NCBI GenBank assembly: GCA_000320545.1
Contig: ADNK01000035.1
Location: 62,001 to 126,000, forward strand
From: Bigelowiella natans CCMP2755
Lineage: Eukaryota; Protista; Cercozoa
Length of the DNA: 64,000 nt
Reading direction: 5' to 3'
Both the position numbers and the translations under genes were made by a program. This document shows, one piece after another, positions 28,284 through 43,250 of this stretch. The notes beneath the pieces are model-generated. The model worked only from the letters and a program-made list of their open reading frames with translations, searched no databases and was not told the DNA's origin. Position 1 is the stretch's first letter; each line of letters begins with the position of its first letter.

Positions 28284-28414
28284 GTGTGTGTGTGGGGGGG
28301 GGGGGGAGAAAAAAAAAGAGAGAGAGAGAGAGAGGATCTTCTCGCAAGTTCTTCTTGCCTTCTCAAATATAAATTAACAAACACTGGGATCAAGCTGATA
28401 ATTTGCTGCTGCTG

Positions 28415-28446
<32 letters not shown>

Positions 28447-29951
28447 ACTACTATCATTATATCTCGTAATGTATTTGCTACTTACTTACTTACTTACTTA
28501 CTACTACCTCGAAATAAAGATAAGGAACTTCCTCGAAACAACCCCAATATCGACCATATAGAGTATCTCCCTACAGATAACAACAACAACAACAACAACA
28601 ATAATAATAATAATAATAACAATAACGGGAGGAACAGAGAAAGATAGAGAGAAAAAGAGAGAGAGAAAGAATGGGTGGGGGGAGGGGGATGGAGGGTATA
28701 GAAGTAAAGAAATGACGTGATGTTGTCTGTGTGTTGGCTGTTCCCCACACACACTATCGATCGATCGATCAACTATCACCTTTTGCACGTTGAAGGTGCC
28801 TCCTATTGTTTTATTGCCTCTTCGAGCTAAGACAACCACTACATATTATGTAGGGAGGGGAAAGAATCAAACTAGGTTGCACATATCAAACACATTTAGC
28901 CGCTTTGTACCCACCTAAATGACGGCGAAAATTGCTTTCCTGTATTCGGGTGAAGAAATCTTTGTTCAGATACTAATCGTAGTACACATCCAGCTCTTAG
29001 AAATTTGGAAGAAGATCCAAATAAAGACTAGCGTATTATTATACAACTCCTCGCTTGTAAAGATGGCTGCTACCCCCTTCCCGTTTTTAAATTCAGCAGA
29101 TGATGATGATGATGATGATGATGATGCAATGATTAGATGTGTAATAGTACAATAACGGGTCTATGAGCAACAAACCTGCTTCTGAAATGTGAATTTTTCT
29201 ACAGTGGACGAATATCTACAATAGAGGCGATTGTGCAGCAGCATTAGTGGATGTAATGAAGATATTTCACATTACCATGCATGTGCATGTGCATGTGTGT
29301 GTGTGTGTGTGTGTGTGAAGAGGGGAGAATGAAACGAAGAAGGGAAGATACGGACAATTCGTAAGCAGGATCAATGATTTCTGGTGTGACTTCATCCCCC
29401 TCGTATATCTGTTGTTAGTTTTTGGTAGTACACGGAATTGGAAGACGAGAGAAAAGAAAATAATGATTTCTTGCTCAATATTAGTCATGCTTACTACCAC
29501 CGCCTTGTGGCAAACAGGCAGATTGGCAATGAACTTTGACATAATATAATAAAAATAAGATAAGGGGGGGAGAGGTATAATAACTGTGGATGAATGAATG
29601 ATCAATAACACGGTGATGATCGACAACCTAGTTTCAAGATTCTCAATAATGAAAAAGAAGGAGGAAATTGAGGAGAAAGAGGAGAAAATATATGCTGCAC
29701 ACGTAACTGTTAAATTGATCCCTTCCTCGTTGTAGATCTGGTAGGATATGGGCAGATTCTCACTTATTCATAGCACACATGCGGTAATCGCATAAATACA
29801 CCACACACAATATTTATGCATTATACAATTACAGATAGACAAGTCTCGATATCGATCGTGTTGCTTTTGTGATAGTGCGCGTGTTACATTACATATCAGA
29901 CGATTTAATATTCAAAAAGTGGAATAATAATAATAGCTGATATTACTATGG

Positions 29952-29982
<31 letters not shown>

Positions 29983-30368
29983 CTTTTTCCTCTCCCTTCT
30001 TAATGCTTTTCGTCGATTTGGTTTCAACGTTGCTACGTACTCATCAAAACTACCAAATTTAGACCCTACAAAAGAAGACAAACAAAACAAAACAACAGAA
30101 TGTATCAGAGAATTGGATCGAGAAAACAATAACAGGGTGTTTGCAGGGCCGCAAACTAGTAAGAATACAGCAGCCCCCAATCTCTATCCAATTGTCTGTT
30201 TCCCTTAGTCATTCTTCTTCTTCTTCTTGTTCTCCGTGTTAATTATTGCTGACCTGTGAGCGGATTCTTGTTTTCAAAATGATTTTGCACCGAATTCCGG
30301 ATTAGATAACTATTATGAAAGTAGTACGTATTCACTGTTATCACATACAACTTCCATGTTTCACATAT

Positions 30369-30412
<44 letters not shown>

Positions 30413-32062
30413 CTAATAAGTAGCATGATCCTCTTGCGCTTATACTTCTTCAATGATCCACCCCATACATATCACCCCCATACAATTTCCCAAAAACGAA
30501 CAAAGGGGGGGATGTTGTTGTACAAAATGTCTTCTTTCTTGTGATTTAAAACCACCCGTTTGTCTTTGTTTGAGTAGCCTCGTGCTCCTCGCAGAATAAG
30601 ATATGAACGGAAGAGAAGTCATTCGAAACTGCTAATTTCTCCATCACACCGGCACATGTTCGGAGTAGAGACGGCCGATCTACATCTGATTTGTTTTAAA
30701 AACATGTAGTAAAAATAGCATTGCTGGTAAGAACACTAACAATTTTATTGGTCTATGAAGGAAACCCAACTACAACTAATCATTCTCCAATATGCAGCAG
30801 GAAGTACATAACTAGTTTCCTATCATATTGATGCAGCTATCGTACTTACCAGGGTGCGTGATGATCCTTTTTCCTGTAGCTGGGGTGAATGGAATAGCGG
30901 CTAGGAGCTTCGGATAATACCTAAGATACATGTGAACAACATCATCATAACAGCATAGCAATTACATATGCATATATTTATCACTATTTTAGCTGTACAC
31001 CCACCAAGGTTGGGTATGGTTTCTCTTTCTTCTCTTAAAAATGTCGTTGTGGAGATCATTTTTCTCACAGTTACATACGGAATCATCGTGTGTTATTAAG
31101 TATCATGTTGTAGAAGTAGTAGCCTACTCAATGCCAAGTTGATAATAGGCTGCCTCCGCCCACGACTGGTCAAATACAAACTCTCCCATACCTATTTTAT
31201 AGTAGTATTAGTAGTAGTAGGAGGAGTATTAGCAGTAGGTTGTAGCTGTTATTGTATGTTGGAGAAGATAGAGTACGATGACGACGATTATGATCCCTCC
31301 TCCCTTCAAACGGTACAGTACCGAACGAAGAAGAATGAAAGCAATGTGAGATTCAAACGATGCACCGTTTAACAGAATACTACATACTTATTCTTTCCCA
31401 ACCTAGCCTCCTAGCCCATCACGTCCTCTCTCTTACTATCTACTCTTACTTACTGTGAGTTTTCGCATACATCGGAACAACAGCCAGCAATCTTCCAGGT
31501 TCGGATGAGGACAATGCAGTCCCACCGGGCGACGATGATGATAATGATGATGGCTTCGATAGTTGTGGTGCTGATTCGTCCTTCACCTCGCGTACGACGA
31601 GATGAAACGGATACCTGGAATGAGTACGTAGAGCTTATATGTCAGTAGAAGAGCTCATTGTTTGTATTTCGGGTGTGTCGCATTGTGTGTGATACTAAAG
31701 TCGAAATTTGAAATTTTGAATTTTGATAATACAGTGGTACAAATTACCATATTTCTTCCCTTCTTCTTCTTCTTCTTCATCATCATTATCATCATCATCA
31801 TGGTAAAAGATATAACTCACCATCCATTAGATCCACTGACGCTACCGCTGTCCTCTAGGCATCTTAACCAATCATGCTCTAGGAAAGGAGAATCGTCCTA
31901 AATCAATGCACCATACTATCAGAACAACACCGTTGTTGTTACCCTTGTCATTAAATTTCACTGGCTGAAAGAGCATCATATGTTTAGAATTACAGATGCG
32001 AGAAGTGAGTCCCATTCGCTACTTTGAATAGCATGAATTGACCGAACCACTTCCACTCTCAT
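27577..32062 (-). CDS. FemAB-like GNAT protein (DUF482 / peptidoglycan biosynthesis-recognition family), many short exons; both ends approximate
   Basis: Exons SPFLEHDWLRCLEDSGSV, LLAVVPMYAKTHS, GEFVFDQSWAEAA, YYPKLLAAIPFTPATGKR, SFDEYVATLKPNRRKALRRERKK, GDTLYGRYWG and ACYYRLIQHVIE..MEAGA are characteristic family motifs in the expected order. Confidence 0.9.
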
Positions 32063-32270
32063 AGAGAGGTGACGGTGGGGAATGCTGCCTGGTTTTCTGC
32101 AATAAATCAATGAATATATTGGTGTGCTGTAGTGTGGTACTTTTGCGACGAAAATCTATAAACAACTTTTATAAACTGTAACTAGATGTTCGAGTGAAGT
32201 CTGGAAAAGCTCAAGTTGATTCCTTATTGTTTGATACTAGGACGATATGCGGTATCTACTTCCTGTCGAT

Positions 32271-33242
32271 TTACCCCTCAGCATCCTTGTCTACGAATTC
32301 ATCATCTTCTGTTTCCTTTGTTTCCATAGAATTCCTCTTCAAAATAGAGGTAATATGTAGAATCAAGGTGTTGATGAAGAATTGGTGCTATTATTCAAGA
32401 TAGGTTTTCCAAGGTATGACAGAGTTGAAATGGTTGCAGTCAGAACATATTTGCTTACGATATTAAATACTACTTTGATAATATTGGCCAATTGAAATTA
32501 TACACACCCCTTTCTCCGAAATTTCGGAAGTAGCAGCATGATCATCCTTTGCCATGTTATCATTGGCTCCTTCACATTTCACAAACTTTACTCCACGGCG
32601 ACAGCAGCCATGGCGAATATGTGGGAGGATCAAAGGATTCGAGTACTCCGTATGAGAATAGAAGCGACCTCCTGGAGGAGATCTGATCACTGAGCGTTGC
32701 AATGTGCTGCTTCGATAACACCGAGAATGTGATTTATGGTGGAAAAGTAGCGAGCTCCCGATGATGAAGACAGCACAGAAGAATAATGGGCCAAGAAATT
32801 TAATCTATGCACATCATCATTCCCATCGATTTATAACTCGAAACCCCATTTAGTTTAATTTGATGGAAGACATACCGATACATTCGTCCGACTCCTGGAC
32901 ATCATTTGTCTTTAATTCACCGTAATCTTGCAGCGTCCTCAGCCATCTGATTCATCAATAAATACTCCCTATTTTGAGAACACAGAGGAGATCCTAATGA
33001 AGTCATCATAAACTACTGCACAGAATTGTTACCAGTACATCAAAATATTCCGAGACGGCCATCTCGATAATCCTTCGAGCTTGCAGCAGCACCCGCCCAC
33101 TGCAGGAAGAGGAAGAAGAAGGAGTCCTCCTGGGAAGTCTTTTCTGGTCTCCGATTCGAGCCGATCCAAAAAGAACCGCAATATTAAATTCTGGTGAATC
33201 TCGTGCGATGATGTGCCATCCCTGCTTCTCCTTGTTCTCCAT
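32271..33242 (-). CDS. Possible small spliced gene, or 5' leader exons of the FemAB-like gene
   Basis: ORFs 33006..33275 and 32463..32702, plus a short acidic exon ending in TAA near 32271. No recognisable domain. Confidence 0.3.
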
Positions 33243-33469
33243 AAATCGCTCTCTCAACCCTTGACGTACCTGCAAAATGGCATTTGATCTGGTGCATCGA
33301 CCTATTCTGAGAAATCAGGCTTAAGATTCTGGTATTTTAGAATGAAAATTCTGCTCGAAACAATACAATTCTGCGTGAAATAGCTATCTATTTCTGAATT
33401 ATGCCATGCGATTGCGTCAATTAGCACTTGATTTTGGCGACTTGTTAGTCTGAGTGAGCGTTACCAGAA

Positions 33470-34849
33470 ATGATGGCGGCGGTCCCCCGACATCATGTCA
33501 AAGTTTTGGTCATCCTCACAATAAGCCTACTGAATGGCCAATACCGGGCCGCCGCCGAATTCAATATTGCACAAATTCGCAAAAACGAGCGGCCGAAGGG
33601 TCTTGTGTTTAAAGGCGACGTTGCTCTCGAGTACTGCCTTGAATCATGTGCAGATAAAATCCCCAGCGGAACGCACATCTGGTTTGATTCATGGTCAGCA
33701 AACCAGACTTGTGCATGGTATGGAGCCGATTCCATACGATGCGATAGGTATGGAAACTATTATCGAAACTTTGGTCTGACCGCAAACGAAGCGTGTTGCA
33801 CTTGTGGAGGGGGTTACCAGTATGTAAACACATCGATACCAGCGACAACGAAGATAGTGACTGACTCTACGGACCATTTTAAGGTTCAGCTTTCTGAACT
33901 CGATCCTGATTATGTTCGGGATTGTAAGCCTGCCCTCAGGCTTACTCTGCCAGAGCCCGATCAAACTTCGGCTGTGTGGCACGAAACAAGGCAAACTGTT
34001 TTCGATGGATTTGAAACAAAATTCACGTTCCGCTTGTCCAACCGCTCCCGATACTGTGACAGCGCAGAGAACAAAAATGATGGACGAACTTTCTTGTATA
34101 AGGCGTGCAAAAATGTAATGAGCAGCGTGTTCAAGAGCCAGATGGAAGGAGGTGATGGCTTTGCATTCGTCGTGCAGAACTCTGAGAACGGGACCGATGC
34201 CCTTGGGGAAGGTGCAGGTGGCCTTGGATTCACAGGAATGAGAAACTCTCTTGCTGTCGAGTTTGATACGTTCACAAATACTGGAGAACCAAACTTCCCT
34301 CATATCAGTATCAGGGCCGCCGGAATCAACCAAATGAATAATGCATATCCTTCCAGTAGCCTGAGTAAACACGATTCATACTACGATATCAAGCGCACAG
34401 ATTTCATCCAAGGGGAAGCCATGCGAGGTACAGTACCAACTAGATGGGGATCTGCACTTCCAGAAGATCTGAAGGATAGACATGGGTATATGGAGCCACG
34501 CCCAACTAGTCATGAAACAGAACTCGCACCTGCTGTGGAAGCAAATTTTGCAGATGGAGAGGAGCACACATCAAGAATCGTGTTCTATCGTGGGATAAAA
34601 AATGAATTCCATTATGCCTACAAAGCATCACAAATGTTAAAACAATTTGCTACGGGACCGATCATGACTCTGTGCGTTTTCCTTGATGATCTCACTAAGC
34701 CCCTTGTTTGTGTTCCATTGAACATCCATGCCACGATGCCACTTATAAACAATCAAGCGATAGTGGGATTCACCGCCTCAACAGGACGCCAGTGGCAAGC
34801 GACCGATATACTATCGTGGAAATTCTGTGAATCGGGAGAATGCCCATAG
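33470..34849 (+). CDS. Secreted L-type (legume/ConA-like) lectin domain protein, single exon
   Basis: Signal-peptide-like N-terminus, then FETKFTF, GGDGFAFVVQN, GGLGF..SLAVEFDTFTN and VGFTASTG...ILSWKF. Confidence 0.9.
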   Translation: MMAAVPRHHVKVLVILTISLLNGQYRAAAEFNIAQIRKNERPKGLVFKGDVALEYCLESCADKIPSGTHIWFDSWSANQTCAWYGADSIRCDRYGNYYRNFGLTANEACCTCGGGYQYVNTSIPATTKIVTDSTDHFKVQLSELDPDYVRDCKPALRLTLPEPDQTSAVWHETRQTVFDGFETKFTFRLSNRSRYCDSAENKNDGRTFLYKACKNVMSSVFKSQMEGGDGFAFVVQNSENGTDALGEGAGGLGFTGMRNSLAVEFDTFTNTGEPNFPHISIRAAGINQMNNAYPSSSLSKHDSYYDIKRTDFIQGEAMRGTVPTRWGSALPEDLKDRHGYMEPRPTSHETELAPAVEANFADGEEHTSRIVFYRGIKNEFHYAYKASQMLKQFATGPIMTLCVFLDDLTKPLVCVPLNIHATMPLINNQAIVGFTASTGRQWQATDILSWKFCESGECP

Positions 34850-34979
34850 CTCTCAATTGGGTCCTCTCCATTAGGAAAAATTAGTAGCACACAAAAAGGT
34901 TGTACCGCATTAGATTTTAATACCCACCGAGATTTTGCAGTATTCACAGTCACTTTTTCTCAGTTGTCTTATAATTTGT

Positions 34980-35760
34980 GGTGTATACATGTCTAGATGT
35001 GGGTGGCAGCCATATTTGCATCAAAACAGCTATCTATATAGTTCTTCGCTCCAACTCATCCTGCCAAGTACTCTTGCTACTTCGCGCACACTTTACATTA
35101 CAATTTCATTTATCAACGCAAACATCATTGTAACTTGTAAACGCACAAGAACAACATCGTGCTGTGCTGTAGCCGACGTTAGCCCCTCAACGAGGCGACT
35201 TCTCGTGGTGGTAATGTGCAGTATAGGGGCTTACAGTGCCTATGCATGCGGCTGCATGCTTGAAACAATGTTAGCTGCTCGCAGGGCCTATATACCTACT
35301 TGTCTGCCAACAGAGTATTCTATGCATGCAAGCCACCATGACATTCACGTTTAGTTACGTACGTTTGTTGTGACATTATATGTCCACAGTTTAAAGACAA
35401 TGGGCAATATTTATTTACGTGCTAGCGTAGCTACACATACACACATATCTAGCTGTTGTGCCGCTGCGCGCATTCTAGCATTGCACAGCTATGACATGCA
35501 TAAGGATGACCATTGAACAAATTCTATTGATTAATTGCATCCGTCTTACGTACATATCTACATATGCAAAATATATAGTAGCCGCAGCATGTGTACGATT
35601 TCATGTCCCGTGCTATGTATGTATGTATGTATTATAGTATGTATGTATACAGTAAGTGCACGCTCCCTCCTTCGATCGATGTGATGCATGCCGAAGTGCA
35701 CAAAGTCTTTTTGAGTGCAACGCGATGTACGACATATATATATTTCCGACGATAATGGCC
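34980..35760. other. Intergenic island 3 (convergent junction)
   Basis: Same word usage; shares a ~90-bp repeat with island 4. Confidence 0.65.
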
Positions 35761-35971
35761 ATTCTTAGGTTATTATTGTATGATTACGCTACTACGTACC
35801 CTACTGATGTAAATTTCGCTGGCAGTACCGTAATTTTCATTTACTTGTTTTTGAATCAGCATGCATTTTTAATGCGCATTTTCGGAACGATGCAACTAGT
35901 TATTTGCTTGCTTCCACGCCAAAGAAGACTACACGCTCCTTTGGATTTACTGAAGAACTCGATCGCATGCT

Positions 35972-37781
<1,810 letters not shown>

Positions 37782-38414
37782 TTACGTGGAACTACGAAGT
37801 TTGTCTTTTTCACTTAGTCGTACTCGCGAGTTGACACTGAGGCTCAAGATTTTCTCCTAATCGGTGTATTTAATCGTTTAATTTCATGAAGGTTATATGC
37901 AGCATAGTGGAGGACAATAGGCACTTCAAGCCCTGAATCAATTGATACGGGGGGGACGCAAACAAACCTGATTCAGATTATGCTATACGCCCTTTCCGTC
38001 TTTTCACGGTGCGAAATTTTAAGCATGAGTTGGAAGAATGTATTTCAAATGCGACATCCTATTCTTTTTGTCGTCCCTTATATTTTAAAGTCTACTTCAT
38101 CCTGGAAGAAAAGCGCGCGCCTCTGTGCATAAGCCTGGCGCGCAATTTTTTTGTGAGTTCGAAGTTTGAGCGTTTTCGGTTGTCGCAGATAGGCCGACAT
38201 CTATATTTGATGAGAATATCTGTTCTTTAAAAACTGTGGTCATTACCATCCTATGTAGGCCATGGTAGTCTCAAATGATGGGAAAATCCCATTCCCTTGT
38301 ATTGGTGAAAGAAGGCGGTTTGTTCCTCCTGAATTCGTCCTCCGATCGAAGAACACAGGTACGAGGAACACACTCCTGAAAGGGCTACGACTACAGGAGG
38401 CTAGTGCTCTCGTG

Positions 38415-40806
38415 ATGGAGTCCAAGGGGCTGGCCGTAGAGAATTCTGGTTTCATCTAACATGAAACATTTACTAAAATTTATCCTGTAGATTGGAAGCC
38501 AATTTCGCGGTTGGATTCGATATCGTTTCGAATGCATTCTCTTTCGTTGCACTACACATTAGAATAAAGGACAACTACTTGCTGTGCCTATAGGTGTCAT
38601 AAAGGAAAATGAAACTTCCGAACCGACCGTGCAGGACCAGTCCGTGGCGACGAGGTGTAAAGAAATCATGATTTCCGAGTCACCTATCGCTCACATTGCA
38701 TTCCTACTTATTTGTTTGACCAACCAGCTGGTGGGGCATTGTTTCTCAAGTTTCGGATTCTGTGTCAAAGCATGCTGCAGTTGTTTCGAGTTCCGTGTCG
38801 AAACATGCTGCAGTAGTTGTTGAACAGGTTATTCGAAATGACGAACTAGGCAATTTCCGAGATCACTTTGAATTTTAATATTCGATGAATGAGGAGTTGC
38901 TCCTAATTTATTTGATTCTTGCCCTTGTCGGTAACAATGACTAGGGGACTGCTGCATTGCAAAGTGCCCAAGAGGATTTGAAGGAATTTGCCTCGACCCT
39001 CTCAAACGAGACGGTCGAAATCAAGGAAGAAATGCAAGACCAGCTCGAGAAAGTTACTGAGAAGCTCAAAATTTCCCCAGATAAAAATCCAGACTCTAAT
39101 GATATAAAGGTTTGCAACTGAATAGGGCAAGTCTATAAGTGCCTTGACATTCTATACCTGACATAGGAGAAAGATTCGAACAGTATCGGTGGGTTAGGCG
39201 CCCTATCGGATAATATAGAAAAGATGGGTGGTTTCCTGTCTCAGCTCTTGCCAAATTCAAACAAACAGCCGACTTCGAAGAAGCAAAAAGATGCAATGCT
39301 CCGAAAAGGTCTTTGCTATGACATTCGTGAACTCGTTCTGCAAACATCGCGTCTGGCTTTCATCAGAAATTATTGTAGTGCTCCTTCGAGGTGACTCGTA
39401 ACATTTGAATATGCTCACAGTTCCACTATCACAAACCCCTGGGGAGGCTAAGCTTATGTTGATGCGGTCGACGAGGACTAGCTATACTGAAAATCCAACG
39501 TGAGTAAAGTGAATAAATTGAGAGCAACACAAGTTCAAGGCGTGACAATTGGGAACTACTTGTTTTTCTTGGCAAGGATAGTCCTTGCAAAATCTCTTCG
39601 ATAAAACTGATGCAATCAATATTTTTTTAAAGAGACACAAAGTTCAAGGAATATCTGAATGCTTTTGGATCAAAGCATGAGAATGAATTGAAGGAAGGTC
39701 GAGCTTTTCATGAATGTGATTGCTTCTTTTGGCTAATTCAGCAATAAAATTCAGAGGTTTTAGACACTTTAAACAATGAAGAAGATGTGAGGGGCTTCTA
39801 CACAAGCTTAGGTATTCTACGCTTCCGAGTGTACCTTTGAATCCCTGACAAAACATCTTCTTTTTCTATAAACCTTTATTGTTTTCATTAAAAGTAAACC
39901 TCCTTACACTCAGTCCCAGATACTGTAACCGATCAAGAATTCTGGGCACGGTATTTCTTTCGAGTGAAGATGTTGCAAAAGGAAGAAGAAAGGTTTTTTT
40001 GGTTAATTACCCATTAACTTAATGTAAAGGGGTATCTGAGAGTGCTTGTCCACTGTTTAACATAATAGGAGAAAGTTTCTCCTCGCACGTCTAAAAAAAG
40101 ATGATAAATCCCCGAAAAGGGAGCTCGAAAGAGATAGTGCGAAGATAGTGAGGACACCGAAAACACAACAGGAGCAAGCTCAAGTCCCATCGCCGAATTT
40201 GCAATCGAGCGAAAAAGATATCACTAAGCACAACGCTGCTGTTAAAGAAACAACTGTCACTTCTGATCAAAATTCTTTACCTCGCGAAGAGATAGCTCAA
40301 GAAGGAAGCACGGAGAAATCAAAAGCCCATTGTGAAGGGGTGGAAATTGCTGAATCATCCGATCCAGTTGAAGATGGAAATGAAGCCAAGAGCTCCCCAG
40401 AGAGCGTAATTTTTCTCATGCAAACAACTTTCCACATCCTTCCCGCATCCACTGTTGCATTCTCCACTTACATTACAGTTGAGGATATCTTGATTTATTA
40501 AGGGTGGTCAAAAAAGCGAGACAAGTCAAAATAGCAGCTGGATAGATGTCGACACAGAAAATAAGGTTCATCGCTGTCAAAGCTGATACTTTACTTCTTT
40601 CAACATAATTATTCTTTGTAGAACGGTGGTGAAAATGCGCAAGATGATGAGGAAGAACTTGATTTAAATGCGATCGTAGATGGCCTTGGTGCGAAAGATG
40701 ATGAAAATAAGGTGGATTAAAATATTGATAAAACAGAAATAAAACATTTGAAGACAAAAATAATAATTCTACCTAGGAGGACGATGATTGCTGGGTTTGG
40801 GAGTGA
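38415..40806 (+). CDS. BSD domain-containing protein, multi-exon (alternative start 38262)
   Basis: Spliced SWWGIVSQVS, SAQEDLKEFASTL and VRGFYTSL|VPDTVTDQEFWARYFFRV (BSD signature), with acidic tail EDDDCWVWE*. Confidence 0.85.
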
Positions 40807-40869
40807 GGTCGTACAAAGGAAATTTACTCCCGAAGAAACGAAGAAATCTTTTACTAGGTGCACCGTAGA

Positions 40870-41620
40870 GCGTCTGAGCGCGTGCATGCATGGGCAAAAT
40901 TCAATTACTAATTGATCCTTCGTTTTCACAGCGGTGAATATACATACATATAGACCACATGTCTAAGAGTGGTGTGTGCGTGTGTGTGGTATGTATGATC
41001 GATTTGAAACTACATCTAGACATGCTGCTAGATGGCCTACAATCCTATAATCTAGATAATTGCCGGCACATATGTATCAGACAAGCTTCTAGATGTTCCA
41101 AATGCATGTAGCTAAAACATAAAGGCCTTCTGGTTCGCTGGTTATATGGTTGCTATGTTTAGCACATTGTTGCACACTGTACGACAATCTGGCACCTACT
41201 GTAGCACATGTCCGCGCTGCTGTCGAGTACTAGCTTGTTAGAACTATGGGCATGCGTGTGCACAATGTGCACAAGATGCGCGTGTCATGTGTGCTGTGTC
41301 CATTGTCGACGTGTGTACATGTTGCACAATCTTAGCGCTGTAGCCGCCGCCACACTGCGTAGCTACATTAGGGTGACTATGAAAAAATGTAATTATTTCA
41401 TCACATCACGTCTCATGTGTACCAGTGTAGCATCACACAAACCTAGCCTATGCATATGCATGGACAGCTACATAATAAGGATGACCATTGAAAAGATTTA
41501 ATCACTTCATTACATCCGTCTCACATATGCACATGTGCTGTATGTAAAAATATATATGTGTTTAGAGATGTCTAGCTAGATGTACTGTGTTTATGACTAG
41601 ATGACGAGGGTGCTGACAAC
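40870..41620. other. Intergenic island 4 (convergent junction)
   Basis: Same word usage. Confidence 0.65.
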
Positions 41621-41744
41621 CTACATTATTTCGTAGCGCTAATCGTATCCAACTATTATATCGCTATTTATTTTCGCTCAGCAGATTGCTTAGTGAGAGC
41701 TGCAATTTTCTTATCCTCATTACTCGATTAGTGATCACATAGAA

Positions 41745-41877
41745 TTAACTAGTAATATCAGACTTTGCTTTCTTTTCTATTGGCTTGAAGTCGGGTATCG
41801 TAGATGGAATCTTGCGCTTGGCTGCATGACCTTTTAGTTTGAATCTAAGCGCAAAGAACAAGTAACATCAGCTCATG

Positions 41878-41922
<45 letters not shown>

Positions 41923-41971
41923 CATTGAAAATATATGTGTATGACATATATTGAATATTGATAGAAATACA

Positions 41972-42016
<45 letters not shown>

Positions 42017-42917
42017 GAGGAGGGGTTACCCTGGATCTATGTCAGGCAGGGCCAACTCCTCTTTCACGACGCCACCATACTTCTCTCCATCGAAAAGCTC
42101 TAAGAAGACGTTTATGTTTTAGGCATCCATTCAATTTATGGAATATTATGACTCAACCAAAATAAGCGATTGCTTCTCCCAACTTTCCTAGTCCCAATGC
42201 ATGTGCTTTGGCCACATGAAATCGCTTAGATTTCGAATTTCCGTTTGTGAAATCCGTTTTCGCTTTCGCCCATTTCATTTTTTTTCCTTCGCTTACAAGT
42301 TCGGTGAGCACCTTAAATAAATATAACGAGTTTGAAAAACAATCAAGTAAGGAATTTTAAGGCCAAAGAAGGAGATTGTCACAAGCAGCAGCAGCAAACC
42401 GGGGGAGCCCGAACTTCTAGAATCATGTTCCAAGTGGCCCTGTCAAGATGTAGTGCCTTTATACTTCCAAATCTTGAAGTTATTCGGTGCTTTTTCCCTG
42501 ATCCCATCCCATTGTCCGTGAATTGCCAGACGATCTGAGAGCACGTTGCTATTGTAACGAGAGATATGTTGGAGCTTGAAGAACACGACCTTTCCTTTGC
42601 CCTTCACAAAATGAAATGTGACACTAATTGGAGGTTTCCCCTTATGCTTTGCAAGAAACCCTTTTCTAATCCCGCCACTTCTCTCCTAATTACAGTAAGG
42701 AGTAAACACAAACGTGCAGTTTTGCATGTCACATTTTTCTTGCCTGCGAGATGAAATCGCCTATTCGCACCGACGACAGCTGAACCGTCACGGTTTTCGG
42801 AAATTCCATGACTGATTTCTGAGCTGAAGATGTTGATGACGATGCCACTGGGATGCTTGGTTGCTGTGAAGGAGAAGGTATCGGTGGAGGTTGCGCCTGA
42901 GAAGGGGGGCAGGCCAT
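41745..42917 (-). CDS. Protein with TRF2/HOY1-type PH-like domain, multi-exon
   Basis: SSVRIGDF, KGKIVWQF...KHRI, MILEVRAPP and KWAKAKTDFTNGNSKSKRFH resemble the family pattern (L.IG.W, KRKLVWE, L...PP, W....DFT.G.AS..R.H). Stop TAA at 41745-41747. Confidence 0.7.
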
Positions 42918-43140
42918 GATTCCGACACTGCTCACAAGAGGAATTACGTCCAACTTTAGATCTAGTCCAACATTATTAACCGGAAACTACTACTACGCTG
43001 AACTAGTTCTGAACTATTCCAAAACATGAATGACTTTGTTCCTGCGACAATACAATATACTTGTTTCTCTTAAGAAAATGCCAGTACTACATGTTGTTAG
43101 TTTTCATTCCCTTTCCTCCTTCTCCTCCTCCTACGTAGGC

Positions 43141-43190
<50 letters not shown>

Positions 43191-43250
43191 TCTATTCGTG
43201 GTAGCCGTAGTGGTAGTAGCAGCAGAAGTTCAAAGAACAACATACACACA

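Noticed and set aside
33493-34567. Antisense ORFs over the lectin gene (similar ones overlap RBBP4 and the kinase last exon)
   Set aside because: Shadow ORFs of real coding sequence.
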